A stretch of 64,000 bases of DNA from an uncultured Sulfurovum sp. GTDB taxonomy: Bacteria > Campylobacterota > Campylobacteria > Campylobacterales > Sulfurovaceae. The DNA is taken from the NCBI GenBank assembly GCA_964573285.1, contig CAZNJD010000005.1, positions 19,909 through 83,908 of the forward strand, written 5' to 3'. Both the position numbers and the translations under genes were made by a program. The notes under the pieces were generated by a model, which saw nothing but the letters and a program-made list of their open reading frames with translations, did not search any database and had not been told where the DNA came from. Positions 11,060 to 22,986 of the stretch are shown here, piece by piece (position 1 is the first letter of the stretch; every line of letters begins with the position of its first letter).

Positions 11060-12000
11060 TGAAAAAACTCTCACTAGTAGTTCCTATGATGAACGAAGAA
11101 GAAAATGTAGCTCCTCTTTTCCAAGCAGTACGAGAAGCTTTAAAAGATATAGATTATGAGTTTATACTAGTTGATGATGGTTCAACAGATAAAACAGTAG
11201 AAAAGATGAAAGAGTTAGCAGATGAGAGAACTAAAATCTTAGTATTCAATCGTAACTCTGGACAAACTCAAGCAATGGCAGCAGGAATTGAGGTAGCACA
11301 AGGTGAACTAATAGCAACTATTGATGGAGATTTACAAAACGACCCAACAGATATTCCACTTATGATAGAAAAATTAGAGAGTGAAAATTGGGATGTAGTT
11401 GCAGGAAGACGACTCAAACGACAAGATGGTATCTTCTTGCGTAAAATCCCAAGCAAAATAGCAAACTGGATTATTCGTAAAACCACAAAAGTATATCTAA
11501 ATGATTATGGCTGTACACTCAAAGTTTATAAAAGTAATGTAGCCAAAAACTTAGGATTATATGGAGAATTACATAGATTTATCCCCGTATTAGCTAAAAT
11601 GTATGGAGCTAAAATAGTAGAGATGGATGTCAAACATCATGCAAGAATACATGGTGAGTCTAAATATGGAATAGGTAGAACTTTCAAAGTAGTTAGTGAC
11701 CTACTTTTAATACTATTTATGCAAAAGTATAAAACAAAACCTATGCACCTATTTGGAGGACTAGGTGTTGCCTCTTTTGGAGCAGGATTTATAATAAATC
11801 TATATCTATTAATTCTAAAGATATTTGGCTATGATATTGGAGGAAGACCACTATTAACTCTAGGAATTGTACTTCTAATTACTGGTATCCAACTCATTAC
11901 TACAGGATTTTTGGCTGAACTAATTATGCGTACATATTATGAGTCACAAAACAAAACTCCATATACAATCAAAGAGACATTTATTGGTAAATCTAAATAA
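11059..12000 (+). CDS. GT2 polyprenyl-phosphate glycosyltransferase (ArnC/DPM1-like)
   Basis: VDDGSTD, RNSGQ, IDGDLQNDP, DYGCTLK, LYGELHRFIP; two C-terminal TM helices. Confidence 0.9.
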   Translation: MKKLSLVVPMMNEEENVAPLFQAVREALKDIDYEFILVDDGSTDKTVEKMKELADERTKILVFNRNSGQTQAMAAGIEVAQGELIATIDGDLQNDPTDIPLMIEKLESENWDVVAGRRLKRQDGIFLRKIPSKIANWIIRKTTKVYLNDYGCTLKVYKSNVAKNLGLYGELHRFIPVLAKMYGAKIVEMDVKHHARIHGESKYGIGRTFKVVSDLLLILFMQKYKTKPMHLFGGLGVASFGAGFIINLYLLILKIFGYDIGGRPLLTLGIVLLITGIQLITTGFLAELIMRTYYESQNKTPYTIKETFIGKSK

Positions 12001-12826
12001 AAAACTACTCAAAATAGCTATAAAAATCATTCTAACTTTTATAGCTCTCTATTTTGTATTTTCCAAAATAGAGTTAAAAGAGGTTCAGAAGATTATTACT
12101 CATGCCAATATTTGGTATTTACTTTTGGCTCTACTATTTTTAAATCTATCCAAAATTTTAAGTTCTCTTCGACTAAATATCTATTTCTCATATATAGGAG
12201 TTAAAATTTCAGAGATTTATGCTCTAAAACTCTACTATATAGGTATGTTTTATAATCTATTTTTACCAGGTGGAGTTGGAGGAGATGGATATAAAATCTA
12301 TCTCCTCAAAAAATCTCATAATACCAAAGTATCCACACTTATTACAGCTACCCTATTAGATAGACTTAGTGGGCTTACCCCCCTACTCTTTTTCGCTGGA
12401 TTACTTTTTATTAGTAGTGATTTTTATCATAAATATATATGGCTTGATTGGATAGCTATCATAGGAACTACAACTATTTTCCCTATTTTTTATCTTATTA
12501 ATCTATGGTTTTTCAAAGGATATATAGAGATATTTTTCCAAACTACTCTCGTAGGCTCAGGAGTTCAATTACTTCAATTAATCAGTGCATTTTTTATAGT
12601 TTATGCTATTGGATATAATAGTGATATGTTGATATTTTTGACACTATTTCTCATATCATCCGTCATGGCTGTTTTACCTATTAGTATAGGAGGAGTTGGA
12701 GTTAGAGAGTTAACATTTCTATATGGATTAACTCTTCTTGAAATAGATGCAGATGGTGGAGTAGCCTTCTCTTTACTATTTTTTTTGATTAGTGCTTTAT
12801 CATCACTTTTAGGAGCTTTTTTATAA
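11984..12826 (+). CDS. LPG_synthase_TM (AglD2/UPF0104) flippase-like membrane protein; start probably TTG 11984 (track extends to 11939)
   Basis: YYIGMFYNLFLPGGVGGD, DRLSG, LPISIGGVGVRE. Confidence 0.85.
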   Translation: MVNLNKKLLKIAIKIILTFIALYFVFSKIELKEVQKIITHANIWYLLLALLFLNLSKILSSLRLNIYFSYIGVKISEIYALKLYYIGMFYNLFLPGGVGGDGYKIYLLKKSHNTKVSTLITATLLDRLSGLTPLLFFAGLLFISSDFYHKYIWLDWIAIIGTTTIFPIFYLINLWFFKGYIEIFFQTTLVGSGVQLLQLISAFFIVYAIGYNSDMLIFLTLFLISSVMAVLPISIGGVGVRELTFLYGLTLLEIDADGGVAFSLLFFLISALSSLLGAFL

Positions 12827-12886
12827 CTTTAAAAAATTATTCAATATTTTATACTCATAAAGAACTCTGGATGAAATTTATCCCAT

Positions 12887-13009
12887 CTATTTTTTATTAT
12901 CTTCCTCTTTTGGTTCTTTATCACCTCTAGCTATAAGATATTTACCATACATCATTGCACCAACAACAACAAAAACTACTATATATGCTACCCAAGGTTC
13001 TCTATTCAT
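12887..13009 (-). CDS. 40-aa single-TM small protein not in the ORF track: MNREPWVAYIVVFVVVGAMMYGKYLIARGDKEPKEEDNKK
   Basis: ATG overlaps the rsfS stop (TAATG); one hydrophobic helix followed by a charged tail. Confidence 0.6.
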   Translation of the reverse strand: MNREPWVAYIVVFVVVGAMMYGKYLIARGDKEPKEEDNKK

Positions 13010-13353
13010 TATAATATCTCTGTTGGTTTTTTATTACTAATTTCAGTTAGAAACTCTTCTAGTGAATATGTTTGTCGTACTTCACTACTCATTATATGTA
13101 CCAATATATCACCCATATCAATTACTACCCAATCATCACTCTGGTCTATATGCAAAAATTCTTCTCCAAGTGGTTTGAGTTTCTCTTCTAGGTGAGTTGC
13201 TAGTGAGGAGGAGTGTTTACCACTAAGTGCATTGGCAAGTACTACTCTATCTACTATATAATCTACATTTTCTAAGTTAAATACCTCTAACTCATCTGCT
13301 TTTTTATCATCTAACTCTTTGATAATTCTCTCTACTCTATCATCTAAATTCAT
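13009..13353 (-). CDS. rsfS: Ribosome silencing factor
   Basis: LDDKKA, DWVVIDMGDILVHIM, RQTYSLE; directly downstream of nadD. Confidence 0.92.
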   Translation of the reverse strand: MNLDDRVERIIKELDDKKADELEVFNLENVDYIVDRVVLANALSGKHSSSLATHLEEKLKPLGEEFLHIDQSDDWVVIDMGDILVHIMSSEVRQTYSLEEFLTEISNKKPTEIL

Positions 13354-13865
13354 CTATTTTCATTATCCTTTTTATTTCTGATTTCTGTAGAACTTATATT
13401 TGCATCTACTTGTACTATTTTGAAATCTCTTAGTTTTGAGGTATCTAGTTTATACCCATCTCTAGTTGCAATAACCCAAGTTATTTGAGTATCTATATAT
13501 TCAAAATTATACCATTTATCAATATTTTTTAGATTATCTGCTCCAATTATAAAATATTTAACACTATATATCTGTTGAAAATATTTTAATGTTTGTTCTA
13601 TTTTGACACTTTGATGCTGATTTATCTCATAATCACTAACCTCAACGCTATGAAGATGATTAAACATTCTTTTTGATAATTGTAACCGTTTTTGTGGTGA
13701 GTAGTGAGATTTGCTTTTAAAAGGATTTAAAAATGCAGGAACAACAATGATTTTATCAATATCCAATATTTCCAAAGCATATTTAACAACCTCTCTATGT
13801 CCAAAGTGTGGAGGGTCGAAACTACCCCCAAAAAGGGCAATACTCTCTTCTATCTTTTTAAACAA
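13350..13865 (-). CDS. nadD: Nicotinate-nucleotide adenylyltransferase; probable start TTG 13865 (track extends to 13907)
   Basis: FGGSFDPPHFGH, IIGADN, ISSTEIR; AAAGG upstream of the TTG. Confidence 0.93.
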   Translation of the reverse strand: MFKKIEESIALFGGSFDPPHFGHREVVKYALEILDIDKIIVVPAFLNPFKSKSHYSPQKRLQLSKRMFNHLHSVEVSDYEINQHQSVKIEQTLKYFQQIYSVKYFIIGADNLKNIDKWYNFEYIDTQITWVIATRDGYKLDTSKLRDFKIVQVDANISSTEIRNKKDNENR

Positions 13866-13929
13866 AAAATAACCTTTAATTATGTAAGATATAAAGAATT
13901 TTAGCATATTAAACTAAAGGTATAAATAG

Positions 13930-14922
13930 ATGGCAGTCAAAGTCGCAATAAATGGATTAGGTAGAATAGGTAGATGTGTAGCTCGAATTATAGCAGATAG
14001 AGATGATGTTGAGTTGGTTGCAGTTAATGCAAGTGGAGCTGAGAATATTATAGAGTATGGTTTGAAATATGATAGTGTACATGGTAAAAGAATGGATGTC
14101 TATGTTCAAGATGGATTTGTCAATATTGGTAATACAAAAGCAAAACTATTTTCAGAAAGAGACCCCGCAAAAATAGGTTTTGCAGAGGCTGGTGCAGAGC
14201 TTGTTTTAGAATGTACAGGTGCATTTTTGACTCAAGAGTCGGTTCAAGCTTATTTGGATAATGGGATTAAAAAGGTTCTCTTTTCTGCTCCTGCCAAAGA
14301 TGATACTCCTACATTTGTTATTGGTGCAAATGAAAAAGAGTATGCAGGTCAAAGTATAGTATCAAATGCGAGTTGTACTACTAATGGTTTAGCACCAGTT
14401 GCCAAAGTACTTGATGATAACTTTGGTATCAAATCAGGACTGATGACTACAATTCACTCATATACAGCATCACAACCTATTTTAGATGGAAAACATAAAT
14501 CAGACCCAAGAAAAGGTCGCTCAGGTGCTGTTAACTTAGTACCAAGTACAACAGGTGCAGCAAAAGCTATATCCAAAGTTTTACCTAATTTAGCAGGAAA
14601 ACTAAATGGTCAAGCAATTAGAGTACCAACGCCTGATGTCTCAATGGTTGATTTGACTGTAATACTTGATAAAACTGTAACTCTTGATAAGGTTAAAAAA
14701 GCGTTCAAAGATGCAAGTGAGGGGTCACACAAAGGTATTTTGGGTGTTGATGAAGAGTATTGTGTATCTCAAGATTTTGTGGGAGAAGAGAGAAGTAGCG
14801 TTGTAGCTATGGATACTATTCAAGTAATAGGTGAGAATATGGTTAAAGTTTTATCATGGTATGATAATGAGTGGGGTTATTCATGTCGTTTAGTTGATAT
14901 GGCTGTTCACATTAGTAAATAA
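13930..14922 (+). CDS. gap: Glyceraldehyde-3-phosphate dehydrogenase type I
   Basis: INGLGRIGR, SNASCTTN, STTGAAKA, WYDNEWGY. Confidence 0.97.
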   Translation: MAVKVAINGLGRIGRCVARIIADRDDVELVAVNASGAENIIEYGLKYDSVHGKRMDVYVQDGFVNIGNTKAKLFSERDPAKIGFAEAGAELVLECTGAFLTQESVQAYLDNGIKKVLFSAPAKDDTPTFVIGANEKEYAGQSIVSNASCTTNGLAPVAKVLDDNFGIKSGLMTTIHSYTASQPILDGKHKSDPRKGRSGAVNLVPSTTGAAKAISKVLPNLAGKLNGQAIRVPTPDVSMVDLTVILDKTVTLDKVKKAFKDASEGSHKGILGVDEEYCVSQDFVGEERSSVVAMDTIQVIGENMVKVLSWYDNEWGYSCRLVDMAVHISK

Positions 14923-14928
14923 GGAGTT

Positions 14929-16128
14929 TTGATGAGAACAATTAAAGATTTAGATATAGATGGCAAGAGAGTATTTATAAGGTGTGATTTTAATGTACCA
15001 AAAGATGAAGATGGTAATATTACTGATGATAGACGAATTAGAGGAGCATTAGCTACTATTCGTTATTGTCTTGATAGAGACTGTAAAGTTATTTTAGCTT
15101 CACATTATGAGAGACCAGAACCTAATAAATATGAAGAGAAGTACTCTCTTGCTACTGTAGTTAAACGACTAAAAAAACTATTAAAAATAGCACATAATAT
15201 TACATTATCAACTGATGTAATTGGAGCAGATGCACAAGAGAAAGTAGCAAATATCAATGGTGGAGATGTGGTTGTTCTTGAAAATCTCCGTTTTGAAGCA
15301 GGTGAGACTGCCAATGATATAGATTTTGCTAAAAAATTAGCTAATATGGCTGATATATATATCAATGATGCATTTGGTGCTTGTCATAGAGCTCATGCTT
15401 CTATTGAAGCAATGGCTAATCTATTTGACAAAGAGCATAAAGCTGCTGGTTTTCTTTTGGCAAAAGAGGTAAAATTCTTTCAAAAAGCAATTGATAATCC
15501 AGGGAGACCATTTATAGCAGTCGTTGGTGGTTCTAAAGTTTCAGGAAAATTAGAAGCATTAAGACATCTTCTTGATAAAGTTGATAAAATAATTATTGGT
15601 GGTGGTATGGCATTTACATTTCTCAAAGCACAAGGTTATGAGATTGGAAAATCACTAGTAGAGAATGATTTATTGGATGAGGCTAGAACAATTATGATAA
15701 AAGCTAGAAAACAGAAAGTAAAATTCTATTTACCTGTTGATGTAGTTGTAGCACCAGAGTTCTCAGAACATGCCACTTCCAAATATATACCAGCACAAGA
15801 GATACCTGATGATTGGATGGGACTTGATATTGGACCAGCTTCCTCAAGACTTTTTCGTGAAGTTTTAAATGATGCAAGAACTATTATATGGAATGGACCA
15901 ATGGGTGTATATGAAATGGACAAATTTGCCAAAGGTAGCCTAAAAATGTCACATGATATTTCTGATAGTTATGCTACTACTATTATTGGTGGAGGAGATA
16001 CAGCAGACTTAGTACAAAAAGCTGGAGATGTTGAAGAGATGACTTTTGTTAGTACAGGTGGTGGTGCGAGTCTAAACCTAATCGAAGGCAAAGGTTTACC
16101 AGGTATCATAGCACTTCAAGCAGATTAA
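14929..16128 (+). CDS. pgk: Phosphoglycerate kinase
   Basis: [41 protein letters not shown]. Confidence 0.97.
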   Translation: MMRTIKDLDIDGKRVFIRCDFNVPKDEDGNITDDRRIRGALATIRYCLDRDCKVILASHYERPEPNKYEEKYSLATVVKRLKKLLKIAHNITLSTDVIGADAQEKVANINGGDVVVLENLRFEAGETANDIDFAKKLANMADIYINDAFGACHRAHASIEAMANLFDKEHKAAGFLLAKEVKFFQKAIDNPGRPFIAVVGGSKVSGKLEALRHLLDKVDKIIIGGGMAFTFLKAQGYEIGKSLVENDLLDEARTIMIKARKQKVKFYLPVDVVVAPEFSEHATSKYIPAQEIPDDWMGLDIGPASSRLFREVLNDARTIIWNGPMGVYEMDKFAKGSLKMSHDISDSYATTIIGGGDTADLVQKAGDVEEMTFVSTGGGASLNLIEGKGLPGIIALQAD

Positions 16129-16139
16129 TAAGGAAATAA

Positions 16140-16829
16140 ATGATATACGCAGCAAATTTTAAAACAAATCATACTAGATTATCTACAAAAGAGTATATAA
16201 CACTATTGCAATCAAAATTAAAAGATAAAAATCCAGAAGACAAAATTTATATATTTCCACCATTAACAGCATTAGATAGCTATAGTGGTGATTTTACAAT
16301 AGGTACTCAAAATGCATATCCGATTAAAAATGGAGCATTTACAGGTGAGATAGGTTTAGAACAATTAGCAGAGTTTGGTATTAAAACTATCTTAATAGGA
16401 CATAGTGAAAGAAGAGAGATATTAGGAGAGAGTCAAGAGTTTATAGCTAAAAAATTTGCTTTTTTTCAAGAACATGGTTTTGATATTATATATTGTATTG
16501 GTGAACCATTAGAGATAAGAGAGCAAGGGGAGGATGCTGTTATGGAATATCTTTTAGCTCAATTTGAAGGAATAGATATTAGTTATAATGATTTTGTAAT
16601 AGCTTATGAACCTATTTGGGCTATTGGCACAGGTAGAAGTGCTACTACAAAAGAGATAAACTCAACACATAATGCACTCAAACAGAGTATAAATAGACCA
16701 ATACTATATGGTGGTAGTGTTAAAGGAGAGAATATATCCCAAATAGCTTCTATAGATAGTGTAGATGGTGTTTTGGTCGGTGGTGCATCATTAAAAACAG
16801 AAACATTTTTAGAATTAGTATTTCATTAA
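16140..16829 (+). CDS. tpiA: Triosephosphate isomerase
   Basis: ANFK, GHSERR, AYEPIWAIGTG, YGGSV, LVGGASL. Confidence 0.96.
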   Translation: MIYAANFKTNHTRLSTKEYITLLQSKLKDKNPEDKIYIFPPLTALDSYSGDFTIGTQNAYPIKNGAFTGEIGLEQLAEFGIKTILIGHSERREILGESQEFIAKKFAFFQEHGFDIIYCIGEPLEIREQGEDAVMEYLLAQFEGIDISYNDFVIAYEPIWAIGTGRSATTKEINSTHNALKQSINRPILYGGSVKGENISQIASIDSVDGVLVGGASLKTETFLELVFH

Positions 16830-16916
16830 AAATAGTATATTTAATATCATAAAAAGCAGATATATATTATAATCTGTGTCTCTATAAAAAGAGAAAAATA
16901 TTATTAGGAGAAATAT

Positions 16917-17195
16917 ATGACAAAAAAAGTTTTATTAAGTGGTGTAGTAGGGATATTTATATTCTCGGGTTGTTTAGGTATGAATGATGTTAAACCATCT
17001 ACTCAAAAAGCAAAAGTTAATGTAACTAAAGTAAAAAATACAACAGATAAAATTGAAGATGTAAAATCTAAAGTAAAAGAGGTCGCTACACCACCAGAAT
17101 CTTCAATGAAAGATAAAGTAATTGAAGAAGAGGTTGAAATATCAGATGATAACGAAGAGAATAGTAAACCTCAAATTATAGAATCAGTACAGTAA
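16917..17195 (+). CDS. Small lipoprotein of unknown function
   Basis: Lipobox IFSG/C after a basic-hydrophobic N-terminus; AGGAG RBS. Confidence 0.7.
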   Translation: MTKKVLLSGVVGIFIFSGCLGMNDVKPSTQKAKVNVTKVKNTTDKIEDVKSKVKEVATPPESSMKDKVIEEEVEISDDNEENSKPQIIESVQ

Positions 17196-17207
17196 ATAAG
17201 ATAACTA

Positions 17208-17239
17208 AACTATCTAAAATAATTTAATTTTAGATAGTT
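17208..17239 (+). terminator. Probable intrinsic terminator after the lipoprotein gene
   Basis: Perfect 13-bp stem AACTATCTAAAAT / ATTTTAGATAGTT, 6-nt loop, followed by pyrimidines. Confidence 0.6.
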
Positions 17240-17337
17240 CTTCTCCTCTCTTCTATATATAAATTCAAAAAATGCGTTATTTTAAATAAAAAAATGTTAT
17301 ATTATATTTATTAAAACTATAATAAAAGGAATATTCT

Positions 17338-17586
17338 ATGACAATGGAAGAGATAGGTAATCTAAAATCAGATTATATAGTATGTAAATGTTATGAAGTT
17401 ACTTTTGGTGATATTCTTGAGGCTATAGAGAATGGACATAATACTATTGAAGCTATAGTACATGAAACACTTGCTAGTTATGGATGCGAACTTTGTCAAT
17501 CTCGTATGATTGATAAGAATAAAGATAGAGAAGTACATTTAGATGAGATATTAGAATATGCTAAACAAAAAGAGTATGTTTTTTAA
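17338..17586 (+). CDS. BFD-like [2Fe-2S]-binding protein
   Basis: IVCKC...GCELC (CxC-x~30-CxxC). Confidence 0.85.
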   Translation: MTMEEIGNLKSDYIVCKCYEVTFGDILEAIENGHNTIEAIVHETLASYGCELCQSRMIDKNKDREVHLDEILEYAKQKEYVF

Positions 17587-17615
17587 TCTATCATAATTTA
17601 GTGCTTTAAATTAAA

Positions 17616-17639
17616 GGTGCGTTAGCAAACGCACCCTAC
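17616..17639 (-). repeat. Single GTAG-type REP-like palindrome, probably also a bidirectional terminator
   Basis: Minus strand GTAG-GGTGCGTT-TGCT-AACGCACC: GTAG tetranucleotide directly before a perfect GC-rich 8-bp stem, between convergent genes. Confidence 0.65.
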
Positions 17640-17646
17640 CATAATT

Positions 17647-18033
17647 CTAAAGGTTCTTACTCATATGCTCTACTTTTCCTATTGCTGAGGCAATAGCTGT
17701 ACTAGAGTTTTGTGATTTTTGGAGTAACTCTTTTGCTTCTTTGATAGCATTTGCCAAATCACTACCTTCACCATTGAGAGCAACTGCACCATCAACTACA
17801 CAAAGAGTTTTTTCCTCTTCCACTTTGACATAACCTGCATTAACTGCAACCGAAAGTTCTTTACCATCTTTGGTCTCTATAACAATTATACCAGTATCTA
17901 GCAAAGATACAAGAGAGGCGTGTTCAGGTAAAACCCCAAACTCACCCTCGCTTCCTGGCAAGGTTACTTGTTTTATTTCATCATCAAAAATGACACCTAG
18001 TGGTGTCACAATTTCAAGTTTCATGAGCTTCAT
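17647..18033 (-). CDS. atpC: F1 ATP synthase epsilon
   Basis: LEIVTP, LPGSEGEFGVLPEH. Confidence 0.96.
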   Translation of the reverse strand: MKLMKLEIVTPLGVIFDDEIKQVTLPGSEGEFGVLPEHASLVSLLDTGIIVIETKDGKELSVAVNAGYVKVEEEKTLCVVDGAVALNGEGSDLANAIKEAKELLQKSQNSSTAIASAIGKVEHMSKNL

Positions 18034-18049
18034 ATTTGGCTCCTTTTGA

Positions 18050-19459
<1,410 letters not shown>

Positions 19460-19473
19460 CTATTCTCCTATTC

Positions 19474-20352
19474 TTATTTCAATGATTCCATACCACTGAT
19501 AATCTCAATGAGTTCAGTCGTAATCGATTCTTGTCTTGCTTTGTTGTACTTAACTGTAAGTTTTTGTACCATCTCACCTGCATTATTGGTTGCTGCATCC
19601 ATTGCTTGCATTCTGGCACTATGTTCAGCAGCCAAAGAGTTAAGCAGTGCATAATACATTGAGTAATCAATATATTTTTTAACCAATGCATCTATTAATG
19701 TATCATCATCATCAGGTTCTACTTCTAGTTCTGACATAGAAACACTATTTATATCAACAGTAGAACTATCAACTGGTAAAAGTTGTTGTTCTACTATCTC
19801 TTGGGTTATCATATTAACATAGCCATTATGAACCAAAATAATTTTGTCTGTTTTGCCTTGGATATAATCATCAACAAGTGCAGATATAAAATCAGCTGCT
19901 CTCTCATAATTTGGAGTAGCACTCAAATCTTCTATCTCATTAATCATATCAATTTTATTATATTTATAAAAAGCTATACCTTTTTTACCTATAGCACTCA
20001 ATCTAACCTTTATACCAGAATAATCTTTTAAAAGTTTGTTAACCCTTTTGAGTGTCTGATAGTTAAATCCACCACAAAGACCTTTATCAGCAGATACAAA
20101 TACAATATCAATGACTTTTGGATTTGGGTTCTCTCGGAAAAACACATTATCTATTTCGCCATCACTATTATTCATCTTTTGAGCTATCTCATTGAGAAGT
20201 TCAGTCAGTTTGGTTGCATAAACTTTTGAGCGTTTTGCAACCTCTTCTGCTCTTTTGAGTTTAGCTGATGAAACAAGCTTCATTGCACGGGTAGTCTTTT
20301 GCGTACCTTTGACACTTGAAATTTTTCGTTTAATCTCTTTTAAGTTAGCCAT
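19474..20352 (-). CDS. atpG: F1 ATP synthase gamma
   Basis: KTTRAMKLVS, DKGLCG, YNKARQESITTELIEI. Confidence 0.97.
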   Translation of the reverse strand: MANLKEIKRKISSVKGTQKTTRAMKLVSSAKLKRAEEVAKRSKVYATKLTELLNEIAQKMNNSDGEIDNVFFRENPNPKVIDIVFVSADKGLCGGFNYQTLKRVNKLLKDYSGIKVRLSAIGKKGIAFYKYNKIDMINEIEDLSATPNYERAADFISALVDDYIQGKTDKIILVHNGYVNMITQEIVEQQLLPVDSSTVDINSVSMSELEVEPDDDDTLIDALVKKYIDYSMYYALLNSLAAEHSARMQAMDAATNNAGEMVQKLTVKYNKARQESITTELIEIISGMESLK

Positions 20353-20361
20353 AATTTAGCC

Positions 20362-21876
20362 TTACGCTGAAAAAGATTCGCTAAAATCGTCTAATGCTTT
20401 TAACAATTGAGCTTCAGTCTCGTCTGTAATTTTTTTCTCATCTCTAATACTATCTAAGATAGCAGAGTGTTTAGCGTCCATATATGGCATAAGTTCTGCT
20501 TCAAACTTAGTAACAGCACCTACAGGGATTTTGTCTAAATAACCTTTATTACCTGCTAAAATCATAACAACTTGTTTTTCAACTGGAACTGGAGAGTATG
20601 GTCCTTGTTTAAGAACTTCAACCATTCTAGCACCTCTTTCAAGTTGAGACCTACTATGCTCATCAAGGTCAGATGCAAATTGTGCAAAAGCTTGAAGCTC
20701 TCTAAATGATGCAAGATCAAGTCTAAGTGTACCTGCAACTTGTTTAGTAGCTTTAATCTGTGCAGACCCACCAACTCTTGATACAGATAAACCAACATTA
20801 ATAGCAGGTCTTACACCTGAATTAAATAAATCAGTCTCCAAGAAAATTTGTCCATCTGTAATAGAGATAACATTTGTAGGAATATATGCTGCAACATCTC
20901 CTGCTTGTGTCTCAATAATTGGGAATGCTGTAATAGAACCTGCACCATTCTCATCAGAAAGTTTAGCAGCTCTCTCTAATAGTCTTGAGTGTAGATAAAA
21001 TACATCACCTGGATATGCTTCTCGTCCTGGTGGTCTTCTCAAAATCAATGACATCTCTCTATATGCAACAGCATGTTTAGATAAATCATCATAGAAAATT
21101 ACTGCATGTTTTGCATTATACATATAATGTTCTGCTAATGTTACCCCAGCATAAGGTGCTAAAAATTGGAAAGCAGAAGAGTCAGCAGCTGAAGCACTAA
21201 CAATAATTGTATAGTCCATAGCTCCTGCCTCTTCTAACTTTTTCACAAGTGAAGCAACAGTTGATTGTTTTTGACCAATTGCAACATAAACACAGATAAC
21301 ACCATTACCTTTTTGGTTAATGATTGTATCAATTGCTAAAGTTGTTTTACCTGTTTGTCTATCACCAATAATAAGTTCTCTTTGTCCTCTTCCAACTGGA
21401 ACTAATGCGTCAATTGCTTTAATACCTGTTTGAAGTGGCTCATGAACTGATTTTCTAGCCATAATTCCTGGTGCTTTTGTCTCAAGAAGTCTAGTCTCTT
21501 TTGATTCGATTGGACCTTTACCATCAACTGGCTCTCCAAGAGGATTTACAACTCTTCCTACCATTGCATCACCTACTGGGATACTAAGAAGTTTTCCTGT
21601 TCTTTTTACGCTCATGCCCTCAACTATTCCTGCCATGGAACCTAGAACAACGATACCTACATTAGCCTCTTCCAGGTTAAGAACCATACCCTTAACACCA
21701 GTTTCAAACTCTACAACTTCACCTGCCATAACACTATTTAGACCATATACAGATGTAATTCCATCTGCAACGCCTACTACTTTACCAACCTCGTTGATAT
21801 CCACACTTATTTCGAAATTCTCAATTCTCTCTTTAATTATTGAGCTGATTTCGTCTGCTTGTAATTTGTTTGCCAC
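20362..21876 (-). CDS. atpA: F1 ATP synthase alpha (GTG start)
   Basis: [31 protein letters not shown]. Confidence 0.98.
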   Translation of the reverse strand: MANKLQADEISSIIKERIENFEISVDINEVGKVVGVADGITSVYGLNSVMAGEVVEFETGVKGMVLNLEEANVGIVVLGSMAGIVEGMSVKRTGKLLSIPVGDAMVGRVVNPLGEPVDGKGPIESKETRLLETKAPGIMARKSVHEPLQTGIKAIDALVPVGRGQRELIIGDRQTGKTTLAIDTIINQKGNGVICVYVAIGQKQSTVASLVKKLEEAGAMDYTIIVSASAADSSAFQFLAPYAGVTLAEHYMYNAKHAVIFYDDLSKHAVAYREMSLILRRPPGREAYPGDVFYLHSRLLERAAKLSDENGAGSITAFPIIETQAGDVAAYIPTNVISITDGQIFLETDLFNSGVRPAINVGLSVSRVGGSAQIKATKQVAGTLRLDLASFRELQAFAQFASDLDEHSRSQLERGARMVEVLKQGPYSPVPVEKQVVMILAGNKGYLDKIPVGAVTKFEAELMPYMDAKHSAILDSIRDEKKITDETEAQLLKALDDFSESFSA

Positions 21877-21903
21877 TGCAACTCCTTCCGTTTAGATTAC
21901 TTT

Positions 21904-22434
21904 TTATAATGATTTTGTAATAAAATCAATTAATTGTTCTTTAACTCTCTGCTTAGAGAAGTTAACCTCAATACCCAAATCATCAACTGTTACTTTTATA
22001 CCATCTAATTCACTCTTTTGTTGAGTTAATTTAACAGTAGAACCTGTATAAGTTTTTAATGAGTTTTCCAAGTTGATAAGTTCTGCATCTCCTAATTCGC
22101 TACTAGAAGTTACAACTCCTTTATACTCATTTTTCTCTTTTTGTAACTCTTGATTTAGACTTTTTGATATAATTGGGATTAAATCCAATCTATCATTCTC
22201 ACCTAAAATCTTAATAAAGTTAACTAATGTGCTATCTGCATCTTTTATTCCATCTAAAATAAAATCCACCTTTTGAGTTGATGAAATAAGTGGTGAATTA
22301 ATCTTTTCTGAAATATTCTCATCATCAAATAGAGATGATATAGCATTGAAAACTTCACTAAATGAAAATTTTTGTTCAGTAGAGATAACTTCTAATAGAG
22401 CTTTAACATATCGTTTTGCTATCAACTCTTCCAT
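21904..22434 (-). CDS. atpH: F1 ATP synthase delta
   Basis: IAKRYVKAL; position in the operon. Confidence 0.93.
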   Translation of the reverse strand: MEELIAKRYVKALLEVISTEQKFSFSEVFNAISSLFDDENISEKINSPLISSTQKVDFILDGIKDADSTLVNFIKILGENDRLDLIPIISKSLNQELQKEKNEYKGVVTSSSELGDAELINLENSLKTYTGSTVKLTQQKSELDGIKVTVDDLGIEVNFSKQRVKEQLIDFITKSL

Positions 22435-22973
22435 TATGCCACCTTTTTAGATATTAAAGATACAATTTTAGAGTTATCGATAGCAATATCACTATTTTCA
22501 ATACCATCTTCTAATAACTCATTAATTGTAGCTTTTACCATTTTTTTCTTCTCTACTTCCATTTTTTCATCTAAATGTTTTTCGAGAGAAGCAATAGTTT
22601 CTTGACTCTTTTTAGTAATATTTTCAGCCAAAATTTTAGCTTCTGCATTACTATCAGTTATTAGCTCTTTTGCTCTATCTTGAGTATGCACTAAATTTTT
22701 TTGGGCTAATTGAGCTTCATTTTTAGATTCTGCTAATTTAGCTTTTATCTCATTTAACTGATTTTGAATATCTGCACTTCGTCCTTTAAAAAACTCTTTA
22801 ATAGGATTAGCTACAAGATAATATATAAGCCCTGCAAAAATACCAAAATTAAGAACTCTATAGAAAAAGTCAGAATTACTCATACTAACTTCATGATGTT
22901 CAGTTCCACTTGCTATTGCTACCATAGGTAACAAAAAAGCGAAAACTAAAACGATTTTACTCTTATTATTCAT
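22434..22973 (-). CDS. atpF: F0 subunit b; probable start ATG 22973
   Basis: RVLNFGIFAGLIYY TM plus coiled coil; GGAGG upstream. Confidence 0.9.
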   Translation of the reverse strand: MNNKSKIVLVFAFLLPMVAIASGTEHHEVSMSNSDFFYRVLNFGIFAGLIYYLVANPIKEFFKGRSADIQNQLNEIKAKLAESKNEAQLAQKNLVHTQDRAKELITDSNAEAKILAENITKKSQETIASLEKHLDEKMEVEKKKMVKATINELLEDGIENSDIAIDNSKIVSLISKKVA

Positions 22974-22986
22974 TCTCCATCCTCCT

